Positions 11,716 to 22,494 of a stretch of 64,000 bases of DNA are shown piece after piece. Source of the stretch: Octopus sinensis (Eukaryota); contig NC_043024.1 of the NCBI RefSeq assembly GCF_006345805.1, forward strand, positions 6,572,001-6,636,000, read 5' to 3'. Position 1 is the first letter of the stretch. Each line of letters begins with the position of its first letter. The notes below the pieces were generated by a model. The model was not told the origin of the DNA. It ran no database searches and worked only from the letters and a program-made list of their open reading frames with translations. The position numbers and the translations under genes were made by a program.

Positions 11716-12671
11716 CTTTAACATATTGCCAGCATGGGTGCCTTTAACATGTCACCAGCACAGGTGCCACTAATGTGTTACCATCACAGGTGCCTCTCAT
11801 GTGTCACTGACACAGGTGCCTTTAACGTATCACTAGCATGGGTACCTTTAATATGTCACTGGCATGGGTGCTTTTAACGTGTCGCCAGCACAGGTACCTT
11901 GAACGTGTCACCAGATCAAGTGCCTTTAATGTGTCACCAGCACAGGTGCTACTAATGTGTTGCTGGCACAGGTGCCATTGACATGTCACTGGCAAAGGTA
12001 CCTTTAATGTGTCACCAGCATGAAGATGGTGATACAGCATGTACACACTTGTCACTGATTTATATTGTAACAGGAGGGCTTTTTTTAATGTTGGAACATA
12101 ATTTATTTGTTACATTAATAGTAAAAATGTTCAAACAATACAATATATGGAAACATTAAGATGGAACAGTGTAATATGACATGTAGGGAAAGTTTCTTAT
12201 TTCTTTAGTACCCACAAGGGGCTACACACAGAAGGGACAAACAGATTAAGTCAATTATATCGACCCCAGTGCGTAACTGGTACTTATTTAATCGACCCCG
12301 AAAGAATGAAAGGCAAAGTCGACCTCAGTGGAATTTGAACTCAGAACATAGCGGCAGTCGAAATACTGCTAAGCTTTTCACCTGGTGTGCTAACGATTCT
12401 GTGAAACAGTGTAATACAACATGTAGGGAAAGTAAATATTCAGGTTCTGTGGCCTGTCTTCTCCTTTGATAATCCTTGATTGAATATACAACAGAAAACA
12501 GATATCAGGAGAAGGTAACATGCTCAAACTATGACCGAACTGTGGCTTGAGATTTGTATGTGGCAAAAGGCAGGATGAAATCCAGTGCTATGATATTAAA
12601 AGTGCAAGACTGAAAGCATTGTACAGAGAGGCAAAACAAACAAAATAACAAAAAAAACATGGTTTACATAC

Positions 12672-12761
12672 ATAGTAGAGTCTTGGACTAGTTCTGACAT
12701 GGTTTAAATCTGTCTCATTGAGGGGAAATGAAGTGTAACTGTGATACACCCACGAGAAAAC
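12672..12761 (-). CDS. Candidate internal exon (90 nt, phase 0-0) of the unidentified minus-strand gene
   Basis: Acceptor ggatttgttacAG and donor TAT|GTATGT. The only open frame reads VFSWVYHSYTSFPLNETDLNHVRTSPRLYY. Confidence 0.55.
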
Positions 12762-13792
12762 CTGTAACAAATCCAATATTATTGGTCACTGTATATACAT
12801 ATATATATATGTATGTATAGATAGATATAAATATAAATATAAGTATATATGTATATAATAATATAAATAATAAATAAATAAATACATATATGTATATATA
12901 CATGCATATATGGGTACAGGACATCAAAAAACGTTGAACAGAATGAGAAACAGAAACATAGGGACAAAAACATAGAAACAAACTTTTTCTCAAACAATGA
13001 AAAAACAAAAAACGAGACATGCCACATAAAGAATATTCCTCTTTTTCAGTTGTCCTTGTTTCATCTACTCCATGTTTCAGAGGCAAGGACAATACATGAC
13101 TTTGTTTAATCAGTCCTTCCCACAAAGCAAATTAAATGAAATTTGGGATTTTTGCGGAAGGTGAAAGTGGTAACAAGAACAGGACAGTGATATGCATGTA
13201 TATGTGTATGCATATATGTGAGTATGTGTGCGCGTGTGTTTCATTGCATAATGGCTACCTCTGATGAGTACAGAGTTACATAATCAGACTGTTACCTAAC
13301 ACTCTGTTGAACTCTTAATGCAAAACCAATTGGTAAGCTCAGCCGTAATGGATATATAATACTGTACACTTCAATTAATACATATTCAACTACCATCCAT
13401 GCAACATCTATATTCCTCCATGTGCCTGTCAAATCCTATGTGCCTGCTATAAGGCTTTACTTCCACACACACCAGCTTAAATCAATTTGTCCTTAGTCGA
13501 AAGTCACCCATTGTTAATATCCAGTTATTTGTATTTGTGAACCATTTCCCCCTTTTTTTCTGTCCTTGTTTTCATATACATTCGCTGCTTTCTTCCAAGG
13601 AATCTAGTGCTCTTAGCTTAGTTTTTCCTTGGGGCAGGCCAGATTAGAGCAATCTCGAGTATAACCAGCAGAAATTGCAAAGATAATCTGGAACTCGACT
13701 GAGAAAAGAAAACTCCGAATGACCCGTCCTTGATCCTTGTTTTCTTTGTATTGTCTGTCTGGATGTTTTGCGTTCTTATCCCATTTTTGTAT

Positions 13793-13825
<33 letters not shown>

Positions 13826-13868
13826 TATATATATATAATAAGTATGCATATATATATATATTTACAGA

Positions 13869-14280
13869 GGTGCAGGAGTGGCTGTGTGGTAAGTAACTTG
13901 TTTACCAACCACATGGTTCCGGGTTCAGTCCCACTGCATGGCACCTTGGGCAAGTGTCTTCTACTATGGCCTCGGGCCGACCAAAGCCTTGTGAGTGGAT
14001 TTGGTAGATGGAAACTGAAAGAAGCCCGTCGTATATATGTATATATATGCGTGTGTGTGTTTGTGTATCTGTGTTTGTCCCCCTAGCATTGCTTGACAAC
14101 CGATGCTGGTGTGTTTATATCCCCGTAACTTAGCAGTTCGGCAACAGAGACCGATGGAATAAGTACTGGGCTTACAAAAGAATAAGTCCCGGGGTCAAGT
14201 TGCTCAATTAAAGACAGCGCTCCAGCATGGCCGCAGTCAAAAGACTGAAACGAGTAAAAGAGAGAGAGTAAAGAGAGAAT
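13869..14280 (+). mobile_element. Full-length SINE family A
   Basis: Complete head, internal microsatellite and tail. Confidence 0.9.
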
Positions 14281-14343
14281 ATATTGCCATCATCATCTTT
14301 TGATATGTCTGTCTATCTGACTGCCAAAGCCAAATCAGTTTAC

Positions 14344-14601
14344 CTGTAAACATTACATACACCTGGTTGGACACCGAAGGTAGCAACATTTTGGCCACAT
14401 TATCAGGGTCAAGAAACTCTGCAGGTCCAGTTTGACAGATAATGGGCAAACGTGCAACGAAAATGAAGACAAAGAAACAACATCAAAGCCTGAGTGGAGA
14501 ATCTCATGACAGAGTGTTTGACAACAGCACGAAACCACATTTTGTGGTGAAAATATTGACAGCTTCTGAGGCCTCGGAAAGGACCTTGACAGAATGAACA
14601 G
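14344..14601 (-). other. Candidate exon of the minus-strand gene (partly 5' UTR, or reading frame unresolved)
   Basis: Acceptor cgcttaccttgtgttacAG at 14602 and donors CAG|GTAAAC (14343) or CAG|GTGTAT (14362). It contains gccaaaATG in the frame EFLDPDNVAKMLLPSVSNQ. No frame is open over the full 258 nt. Confidence 0.35.
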
Positions 14602-14710
14602 CTGTAACACAAGGTAAGCGTGTGCCGATGAATAAACGGTTGTACTGAAGGCCCTGACCTTCAACCATGAATGGAAATATTCATTCATTTACCCATGTCT
14701 CCATTTAAAT

Positions 14711-14887
14711 CAGGGATTCTCAACTAGGGTCCGTATGGCCCTTGGCGAGTCCACATAAGATTTTCTTGTTAAAGTACGTGGTAAATACATTGGTTACACT
14801 TTTTAATACAATTCCTAATATTTAATTATAAAAATACAGTTGGATGGGTTTTTTTTTAGATACCGAGCAAACGGTTGAGAACCACTG
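14711..14887. mobile_element. hAT-type MITE
   Basis: TIRs CAGGGATTCTCAAC / GTTGAGAACCACTG. Related fragments lie at 61410-61600 and 61646-61775. Confidence 0.7.
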
Positions 14888-14949
14888 ACCTAAAATGGCT
14901 GAGAATCACTGATCTAAATCTATCGATCTATCTGTTTGTCTGTGTAAGT

Positions 14950-14958
14950 GTGTGTCTG

Positions 14959-15019
<61 letters not shown>

Positions 15020-15040
15020 ATCTATCTATCTATCTGTCTG

Positions 15041-15075
<35 letters not shown>

Positions 15076-15102
15076 GTCTGTCTGTCTGTCTGTCTATCTA
15101 TA

Positions 15103-15153
<51 letters not shown>

Positions 15154-15154
15154 A

Positions 15155-15192
<38 letters not shown>

Positions 15193-15195
15193 CGT
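14950..15195. repeat. (TATC)n / (TGTC)n microsatellite with no element inserted
   Basis: Direct reading. It produces the IYLS-repeat ORFs. Confidence 0.95.
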
Positions 15196-15409
15196 ACCCA
15201 TCTAATTAATTCTTTGCTTATTTTTATGGGTCAATCCATGGATTCATCCATCCGTCTCTCTCTCGTTCTCCCTCTCTCTCCATCCGTCTAATCATTCCAC
15301 ATGTAAACATACGTATATCTGCGGTTGGGGAGATAAAAACAACAAAATATACTTAACTCAATGGAATGATGTGAGAAAAAAATGGAAAAGTCCAAGCTAG
15401 AAATCGAAG

Positions 15410-17340
15410 GAATCGTCAGAAAGAAAGCAACGGGTGTTTACGTTCGTGTGAATATGAAAGCAATAAAAGATGATGTTAAGAAATATAAACATAAATAAAG
15501 ATGTAAATAAATAAATAAAACAAATTAAAAGTGCGGTTGTTTACATGCGTTACTAAGCGACGACGTAGCTTTGTTAACCTCACACATGCTGGACTTGAAG
15601 AGTTCCACTTCCGTCTCTTCCCAGACTTTGCGACTTGGTTACCATAGAATCGGTAAATATTTGCATTCTGTGTGGTGTGACAGCTTTTGGAAGGTCGGTC
15701 GGCGGGTATTCTGCGACGGAATGTCTTGGAGAATACCTAAGGACCAAATAATGAAAGTAAATGTGTGAATTCCAATTAGGAAGACATTAATTAATGCTGT
15801 ATTTTACCTGAAAACAAAGATTTGCGATTATCTTAAAGGTGAAAATAGAAGCAAATTATAAACATAAACGTAATTTGTTTTGTAATGTTTAAACATCCAT
15901 TTGTTTATACTTTATAAAACTTACACTTATAATTATAAAACTTGTATTTATAAAACATTTCGAGAAATATAAAGTAAAAGACGAACGTAAGCTTTAGGGT
16001 TTAATTACTCAGGTATGTTTCGCACCTGACTTTCAGGAAAATAATAATTATTTGTTTTTTTAATGCAATGTTCCATAGAAACCTTGAAGTTGCTATCAAT
16101 TACGAGGCATTCCTTCGTTGTAACTCGATAAAATCAGAACATTTCACTTCGGGTATTTATTTCCGTGGGTTGTGGAATAATAGATATAACGGAATTATGC
16201 CAGAAATGTCTCGTTTTATACTTGAAGAAAAAAAAAAGCCTTGCATATTTGTTCTCACCTGTTTCAGGTGTGTCTGTAAAATCCGCAAATTTCCAAGCAG
16301 AAAACAGAATCGAACTGTCATTTGCTTCCATGGAAATATACCCGAAGTGAAGTGTTTTGATTTTGTCGAGTTATATCGAAAGAATGCCGAATTACGATTA
16401 TACCGGAATTTCGGGAGTGGGGAGAGGATTATCGGATAATTCACACGGGTCGAATGTGTTTCTTCGTAACTTTCAGAAAAATTTACGCTTTTTTAATGAA
16501 ACTTTCTACAAATATTTTTCGGGTGTTGCACCATCAGATTATGATCATATTGGAATTTAATGTAAAAAAAAAAAAGAAATTGCTGGGTGCACACACATAC
16601 ACGCGGGTATATATCGCGTATTTATGTCTACAAAATGGAACTTGAAATTATGAAGAAATTGATATGGTGTGTGTTCGCCAACCTCTCTCTCTCTCTCCGT
16701 TAGATTCCTGTATAATCGTTATCTACACCATCTGACAAAGTTGGGTACGGGAACATGCACGTTTAGGTATGCCTAAATTTGTAGGGTCTCTTCACGGTTA
16801 TAACGACCTCCAGTACAAATCATAAGGGACCACCACCACATAGAAACAATATTCTATATCCTCCTAATTTACAAATAAATAGAATTGCGTTTGTTATCTT
16901 TATCTGGGTCTGACTTCATTTTCTCTCATGTCTTCGTTCGTCTGACAAATAAATAATCATTTTTATATTAGTGGTTATTAAAGTTAATTAAACGGTTAAT
17001 ATAAAGACCTTCAACCGGGAACAAAGAAAAAACATTAATCAGCCTGGTGGGTGATAACAAGTGCGTGGAAAACGAATATGAAAAAAAATGCGCGCTGACG
17101 ACCGGGGGGTGGGGAGGACTTTGGGAAAATTCACAAGATCCGATTTTTCCGTCATAACTTCGGGTAAAATGGATTTTCTTACGGAATCCCACGTTTTTGG
17201 TTATGGAGGATCCGATTCTGAAAAAAAAAATTTTCAAAAATCGCAATTTAAAAATTTCAATTCCCCTCTACCCGTCTTATTTTTTCACTTTTTCCGGTTT
17301 TTTTTTTTTTGAGAAATACGTTGAAAAGTACGAAGATTAC
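15410..17340. promoter_or_regulatory. CpG-rich region; possible divergent promoter and first exons
   Basis: Many retained CpGs in largely non-SINE sequence. A minus-strand donor (CATGT|GTGAGG, 15583) and a plus-strand donor (CTCAG|GTATGT, 16013) face away from each other. Confidence 0.4.
16106..16388. repeat. Inverted repeat with about 60-bp arms and about 160-bp spacer (MITE-like)
   Basis: 16106-16168 (GGCATTCCTTCG...CACTTCGGGTATTTATTTCC) pairs with 16328-16388 (GGAAATATACCCGAAGTG...GAAAGAATGCC). Confidence 0.75.
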
Positions 17341-18025
17341 TATTCTGAAAAAAGTTTGTAAAATTTCAATTTTTCAACAAGGATAAAAAATATATATTTA
17401 CATAGGTGCAGGAGTGGCTGTGTGGTAAGTAGCTTGCTTACCAACCGCATGGTCCCGGGTTCAGTCCCACTATGTGGCACCTTTGGCACCTATGTGGCAC
17501 CTCAAGTCTTCTATTATAGCCTCGAGCTGACCAAAGTATTGTGAATGGATTTGGTAGACGGAAACTGAAAGAAGCCTGTTGTATGTATGTATGTGTGTAC
17601 ATGTTTGTGTGGCTGTTTTTGTGTCCCCCCCCCCCAACATCGCCTGACAACCGATGCTGGCGTGTTTACGTCCCCATCACCTAGCGGTTCGGCAAGAGCG
17701 ACTGATAGAATAAGTACTAGGCTTACAAAGAATAAGTCCTGGGGTCGATTTGCTCCAGCATGGTCACAGTCAAAATGACTGAAACAAGTAAAAGAATATA
17801 CACTCAGGCCTTCTAGCAGGCTAGAAATAACAGCCAAATCTCACAAAACTGCGATAACATAATTTTGAAAATGCGATTTTTGAAAAAATTTTTTTTTCAG
17901 AATCAGATCCTCCATAACCAAAAACGTAAAAAAAAAATCAATATATATATCCATTTTAGCTGATTTTTTTTTTTGTTCCTGGGTGAGGATCTTTTTATTG
18001 ACCAATTAAACTTGGTTAATTACAG
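16975..18025. mobile_element. Fold-back element with long inverted termini, interrupted by SINE A (17405-17800)
   Basis: 16980-17045 pairs with 17955-18020, and 17190-17260 (ACGTTTTTGGTTATGGAGGATC...) pairs with 17860-17930. Confidence 0.65.
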
Positions 18026-18477
18026 TTTTATAGTTTATAAATATTACAGGCATTTCCCCCACACAAACACATACACTAACTAAACATAGACACACATAGA
18101 GGTATACGCATGCGCAAATGAAGCCACATACAATCGGAATACAAAATACAAAATGGCTGACCGTTAGTAAGGAGAGACACACAAATAAGAAAGAAGAAAG
18201 CAAAGGACCACTGATGCGGTCACAGGAGTGTGACGAAAGAACTCTGGACGAAATAAGATTAAGATTAATGTAAAACATTCCAGTTTAGCCGAAATAAGAT
18301 TAAGATTAATGTAAAAAATAAATAACGCTGAAGCAAAGTAACACCAAATATATAGTGCGTGTGTTTTTATTGGCTAAACTGGCAAAATGACCATCCCCAA
18401 ATACAACAATATCTGTTTCAACACACGATTTCACATCAAAAATCTTGCAAAACAAATATATATATGTATGTATATAG

Positions 18478-18655
18478 TTCAAATTTACAGCAAAGCAAAA
18501 GATGAAGACAGGTGAAGGAACAGCAAGCAGGTGTATTAGTTTGATGCTCAGGAAGAATAGAAATGTCTTTTATGTTTTGAGCCTATGCTCTTTGACAGAA
18601 AAGATTGAGAGGTAAAAACATGGAGAAAGAAAAAAATGTGTAAGGATTAATGGTT
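18478..18655 (-). mobile_element. PLE-type terminal repeat with a heavily decayed hammerhead-like motif
   Basis: The minus strand reads TTTT CTGTCAA A GAGC ATAG GCTC AAAAC ATA AAAG. A second copy lacking the motif lies at about 54221-54345. Confidence 0.4.
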
Positions 18656-18665
18656 CAACATGATA

Positions 18666-19451
18666 TTCAAGGTCTGATAAATAAGTTTTAACGTTGTAGC
18701 TCACTTCCACTGTTTACAACAACGGTTGGAAGGAAGGTGTGTAGCATGTGATTATTGCATTGAATATGACAGAGAACATTGTCATGGCAATACCTGCTGA
18801 GAGGCTTACGCAAAGTTGCAGAAAGTGCATGGAGAGGAGTGTATGAGCTGCACACAAGTGTACGAGTGATTGAGATGTTTCCAAGATAGCTGAAAAAAAG
18901 TTGATATTGATGAACGTTTTGGGAGACACACAACCTGCAGAACTGAGAAAAACATCGCAGATGTGTGTGGCTGTGAGGGGAAATTGTCAAATCACCGTCC
19001 ATGAATTATCAGAGGATGTGCCGATTAGTTAAGGTTCAGTTCAGTCCATTATCACTGAAGATTTGGGTATGAGACACATATCTGCCAAGTTTGTACCAAA
19101 ACTGCTTTCAGCTGACCAAAAAGACACTCGGGTTTCAGTTGCAAAAGATCTCCTTGAATGTGCCGAGAACGATGAAAACTTTACGTAGGCCTCTGAGCAG
19201 GTATCACAAAGCTTTTGGCAAAATTTGATGCAGATTCTCTGCTAAACTTTCTGTCATGGTCAATGCCATGATCACATGCTACACACGTTCCTTCCAAGCA
19301 CTGCTATAAACAGTGGATGTGAGCTAGAATGTTAAAACTTAATGCACATACACAGCAGAGTTCAAGGTCATTCTGTGCCATGCGGCTTCACTCTTCGTGG
19401 TTTAGCTTTGTTACTATGGCAACAGTCCGGATACATATTGATCAGACCATG
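18666..19451 (+). mobile_element. Mariner-derived element with long inverted ends
   Basis: Transposase N-terminus (AEAYAKLQKVHGEECMS...ITVHELSED...EDLGMRHISAKFVPKLL). The ends (CAAGGTCTGAT.AATA / TATTGATCAGACCATG) are inverted, and 18680-18760 pairs with 19260-19345. Confidence 0.8.
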
Positions 19452-19759
19452 TATGTATATATATAGGTTTGATAAGTGCTAACACAAAAAACTCTCAGCT
19501 CTTGAGTCACTCTGTTACATCTACCAAATATTGCACTGTTGTACTCAAGAAGACCTGTCTACCACAGAAGAATTAATACTGGTGCTGGTGCCACCTAAAA
19601 GGTACCCAGTATCCTCAGTGGAATGGTTGGTCTGGCCCCTGGCCTTACCATCTCTGATCAAACTGTCCAACCCATGCCAGCATGGAAAGCAGATGTTAGA
19701 TGATGATATATATATATAGACATGTGGGGTTTTTTTTTCTTTTTGGTTATTTTCTCAAA

Positions 19760-20028
19760 TTTAGACTTTTCTTCGTTTCTTCTTGTTGCCTCCTCCTCCT
19801 CCTTTGTTTCTTTCGCTTCCTCTTATGCCTCTTCCTTCTCCTCCTCTTTCCTGCCCTCTTTTCATTTTCTTTTCTTACTCTTCTTCCTCTTGCCTTCTCT
19901 TCACCTCCTTCCTCTTCTTCTTCACCTACCCCTCTTCTCCCCCATTTCTTCTTCTCCTCCTCCTCCTCCCCATTCTTCTTCTTCTTTTTCTTCGTCTTCA
20001 GTTTTTTGGCTTTTGTTTACCTTTTCAG
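19760..20028 (+). promoter_or_regulatory. Long CT-rich polypyrimidine tract ending in a probable splice acceptor for the F-box exon
   Basis: A (CTT/CCT)n tract, then ttttgtttaccttttcAG at 20027-20028, 101 nt upstream of the ATG. Confidence 0.5.
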
Positions 20029-20129
20029 GTCTTGCCGGTCTTGTTGCCAAAGTGACTTTAAGAAGAGAGAAGAACTGCTGACCCTCACCCAAGACAACAA
20101 CCAACCAGCCAATCCGTCACCCTACAGAA

Positions 20130-22109
20130 ATGCAGTTGAATCAGTTACCCAAAGAATGTCTGCTAAAGATATTCCAATACCTGCCGTTAGTTGATGTTAT
20201 CTTGGGAGTGAGGTCAACTTGTTCCGATTGGTACAAACTCAGTTTCAATGGAGTTCTTTGGAAAACAGTCAATCTCAACAATCGCAATATGGCGTCACGC
20301 ATGAGCGATGGAAACTTTTTAAATCTACTTCGTTCTGTTTCAGACAGTGTTGAAGAGATTATTTTTGGTTACAGTCCAACCATTTCAGAAGTCAGCATCC
20401 TTCACGAAGAAATTCACTGCCCGAATTTAGTCAGCATTGACTTACGTAGAATTACCGTTGATGCCAGCGTTGTAGAGAAATTTCTCACGAAATATCCAAG
20501 AATGGAGAAGTTGTCCTTGGAACTAACTCTGGCAGATAATTGCACTCAATTTTTAGAATTTTTCCAGAACCAGGACTTCTCTTGTTTAAAAACCCTTTCT
20601 ATTATATTTAAACTTGAGGAGGACTGTGATATAAATCTCCAAGAAGGCCAGGAATTTGAAGAGGTGCTCTCTAAGAATCCAACACTTTGCAACTTGAACT
20701 CATTGTTGGTTGATGCTATTGTTCCCTGTACATCTTTACAATGTTTTACAATCAGCTTCAGCTATTTATCAGGTGAAACCTTGTATAAAATTCTCTCTGC
20801 AACTAAGCAATTGACACACCTTAACATTGCTGGTTGTTGGTACGTAACCGGCAAAGCGTTAAATGCACTCACCCCTGACTGTGGGCTTGTTAATTTAAAC
20901 ATGGATGACACCAGTGTAACGGACGATGCCATTAAAGTAATGGCCGAGAGATGTCATCGACTGCGGTCTGTCTCATTGGAAAATTGTCTGTGCATAACAG
21001 ATAAAGGGGTTAGCGTTTTGGCGCAAAACTGTCCCAGTATCACAGATTTCTCTCTCAACCACAGAATTTTTAATGAAAACACATTTGATGATTTAACCGG
21101 TGGATCAAACAAACAGTCAGTACGCCAAGATTTTGAGAAAATGAGTGTGAAGCCCTTTTTAAATGTCACTGATGTTAGTATCTTGTCTCTGGTCAACTAT
21201 TGTCACAACTTGAGTAAACTTGGTCTTGCTGGTTGCATGGCCCTCACTGACCAGGCAGTCGAACAGATAGCCTGTTCTTGTCCTTATCTAACCCTGTTAA
21301 ACCTATCTGCATGTATGCAGGTGTCTGATCGCTCTGTTGAGTCGGTCCTTCAGAAGTGTCAATTCCTGGAAATACTTTTCCTTAGAAACTGCATCAATGT
21401 TACCAAATTGACTTTCCCTGGTACCAAAACCAGAATTTATTCAAGCGAATGTGATGTCTCAAATGATGCTCAGAATGTGACCGATTCTTGTGATAACGTG
21501 ACCAGAAGTTGTGAACCAGAGGTTGAAGCTGCTGAGAAAATACCTGACCAAAACAAAGCCGATTGCCAGTTGCATCAGCAATGTCTTCGAAAGCAGGATT
21601 TCAAATTGACCATTTTGAATCTGAACTTCTGCACACGGATTTCAGACACGTCACTCATGCAGATTGCCCACAACTGTCCATGGCTGCGCAAGTTATTCTT
21701 ATGCAGTTGCATTCAGATCACAGACTCTGGCGTTGGAGCGATTGCAAAGATGTGTCCTCTACTCAATACTTTGGACATTAGTGGTTGGTCAGTTTGTCAC
21801 GGGGAACACATGCAACTGACCGATAACAGCCTGATGGAACTCTCTGTCCATAGTCAGTACCTGTCATGTCTGGTTGTCGTTCGATGCATGAACATCACCG
21901 TAAAGGGAATTTGTGCTGTTCTCTCTAAGTGCAGCAAATTGCGCAAGGTTTGTATCAGCACTGGTGTGCACTTCAAAATTAGAAGCATTGCCCTGCACAG
22001 CAGTTTGCAGAAGATCGAAGCTTACACTTCCCTCAAGAATTACAAAGATTCAAACCAAGATAACTTTGTCGTTCTTGAATTGTACCCTTATAACAAGAGG
22101 TTACTTTAG
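20130..22109 (+). CDS. F-box and leucine-rich repeat protein (FBXL type, cysteine-containing LRRs), 659 aa, single coding exon
   Basis: N-terminal F-box LNQLPKECLLKIFQYL...VRSTCSDWYKL...LW, followed by many LxxLxLxxCxxITD repeats. An in-frame TGA at 20079-20081 shows this ATG is the first in-frame start after the stop. Orthology within the FBXL family cannot be assigned by eye. Confidence 0.93.
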   Translation: MQLNQLPKECLLKIFQYLPLVDVILGVRSTCSDWYKLSFNGVLWKTVNLNNRNMASRMSDGNFLNLLRSVSDSVEEIIFGYSPTISEVSILHEEIHCPNLVSIDLRRITVDASVVEKFLTKYPRMEKLSLELTLADNCTQFLEFFQNQDFSCLKTLSIIFKLEEDCDINLQEGQEFEEVLSKNPTLCNLNSLLVDAIVPCTSLQCFTISFSYLSGETLYKILSATKQLTHLNIAGCWYVTGKALNALTPDCGLVNLNMDDTSVTDDAIKVMAERCHRLRSVSLENCLCITDKGVSVLAQNCPSITDFSLNHRIFNENTFDDLTGGSNKQSVRQDFEKMSVKPFLNVTDVSILSLVNYCHNLSKLGLAGCMALTDQAVEQIACSCPYLTLLNLSACMQVSDRSVESVLQKCQFLEILFLRNCINVTKLTFPGTKTRIYSSECDVSNDAQNVTDSCDNVTRSCEPEVEAAEKIPDQNKADCQLHQQCLRKQDFKLTILNLNFCTRISDTSLMQIAHNCPWLRKLFLCSCIQITDSGVGAIAKMCPLLNTLDISGWSVCHGEHMQLTDNSLMELSVHSQYLSCLVVVRCMNITVKGICAVLSKCSKLRKVCISTGVHFKIRSIALHSSLQKIEAYTSLKNYKDSNQDNFVVLELYPYNKRLL

Positions 22110-22494
22110 ATACCCCTGTTGATCGATATCTACCCCAATGTATGCTCCCAGCTGTAGCCACCTTCCCTACAAATCTTCAGATGTGGCTAGCACGTCCATT
22201 CAACCCATAGTGGTTTAGTATCAGTTGTACCTCACAGGGCTGTCTATATCTCCCAGAGCTTTCGAGAAAGTTTCACCACATCATGGAACTGCTATACCAC
22301 CTCACCACATTTCTGTATACCTCAATCTGTAACCAACATTGAAGCACAACACCATGACAGTACCCCACCACTCAAACACACCACAGAGCTCCTTATTTCC
22401 TGTTTTCTCTGCCTGCAGAAGAATGCCCACCGACTTAAGACCGTTGCCTCTGTAGTATGAATTGATGTTATTGGACATATCATGTTCTATCAGC

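Larger units (their letters stand above)
10595..12025. repeat. About 26-bp minisatellite (GCACAGGTGCCTTTAATGTGTCACCA), split by a hAT insertion
   Basis: About 5 units at 10595-10745 and about 12 units at 11716-12025, each diverged. Confidence 0.85.

Noticed and set aside
10595-12025. Regularly spaced short repeats suggestive of a CRISPR array
   Set aside because: The units are contiguous and diverged with no unique spacers, no cas genes are present, and the context is eukaryotic.
14353-14688. HExxH motif (CHEILHS) in a 111-aa minus-strand ORF
   Set aside because: There is no metalloprotease context around it, the frame does not join the next exon without a stop, and a 5-residue motif arises easily by chance.
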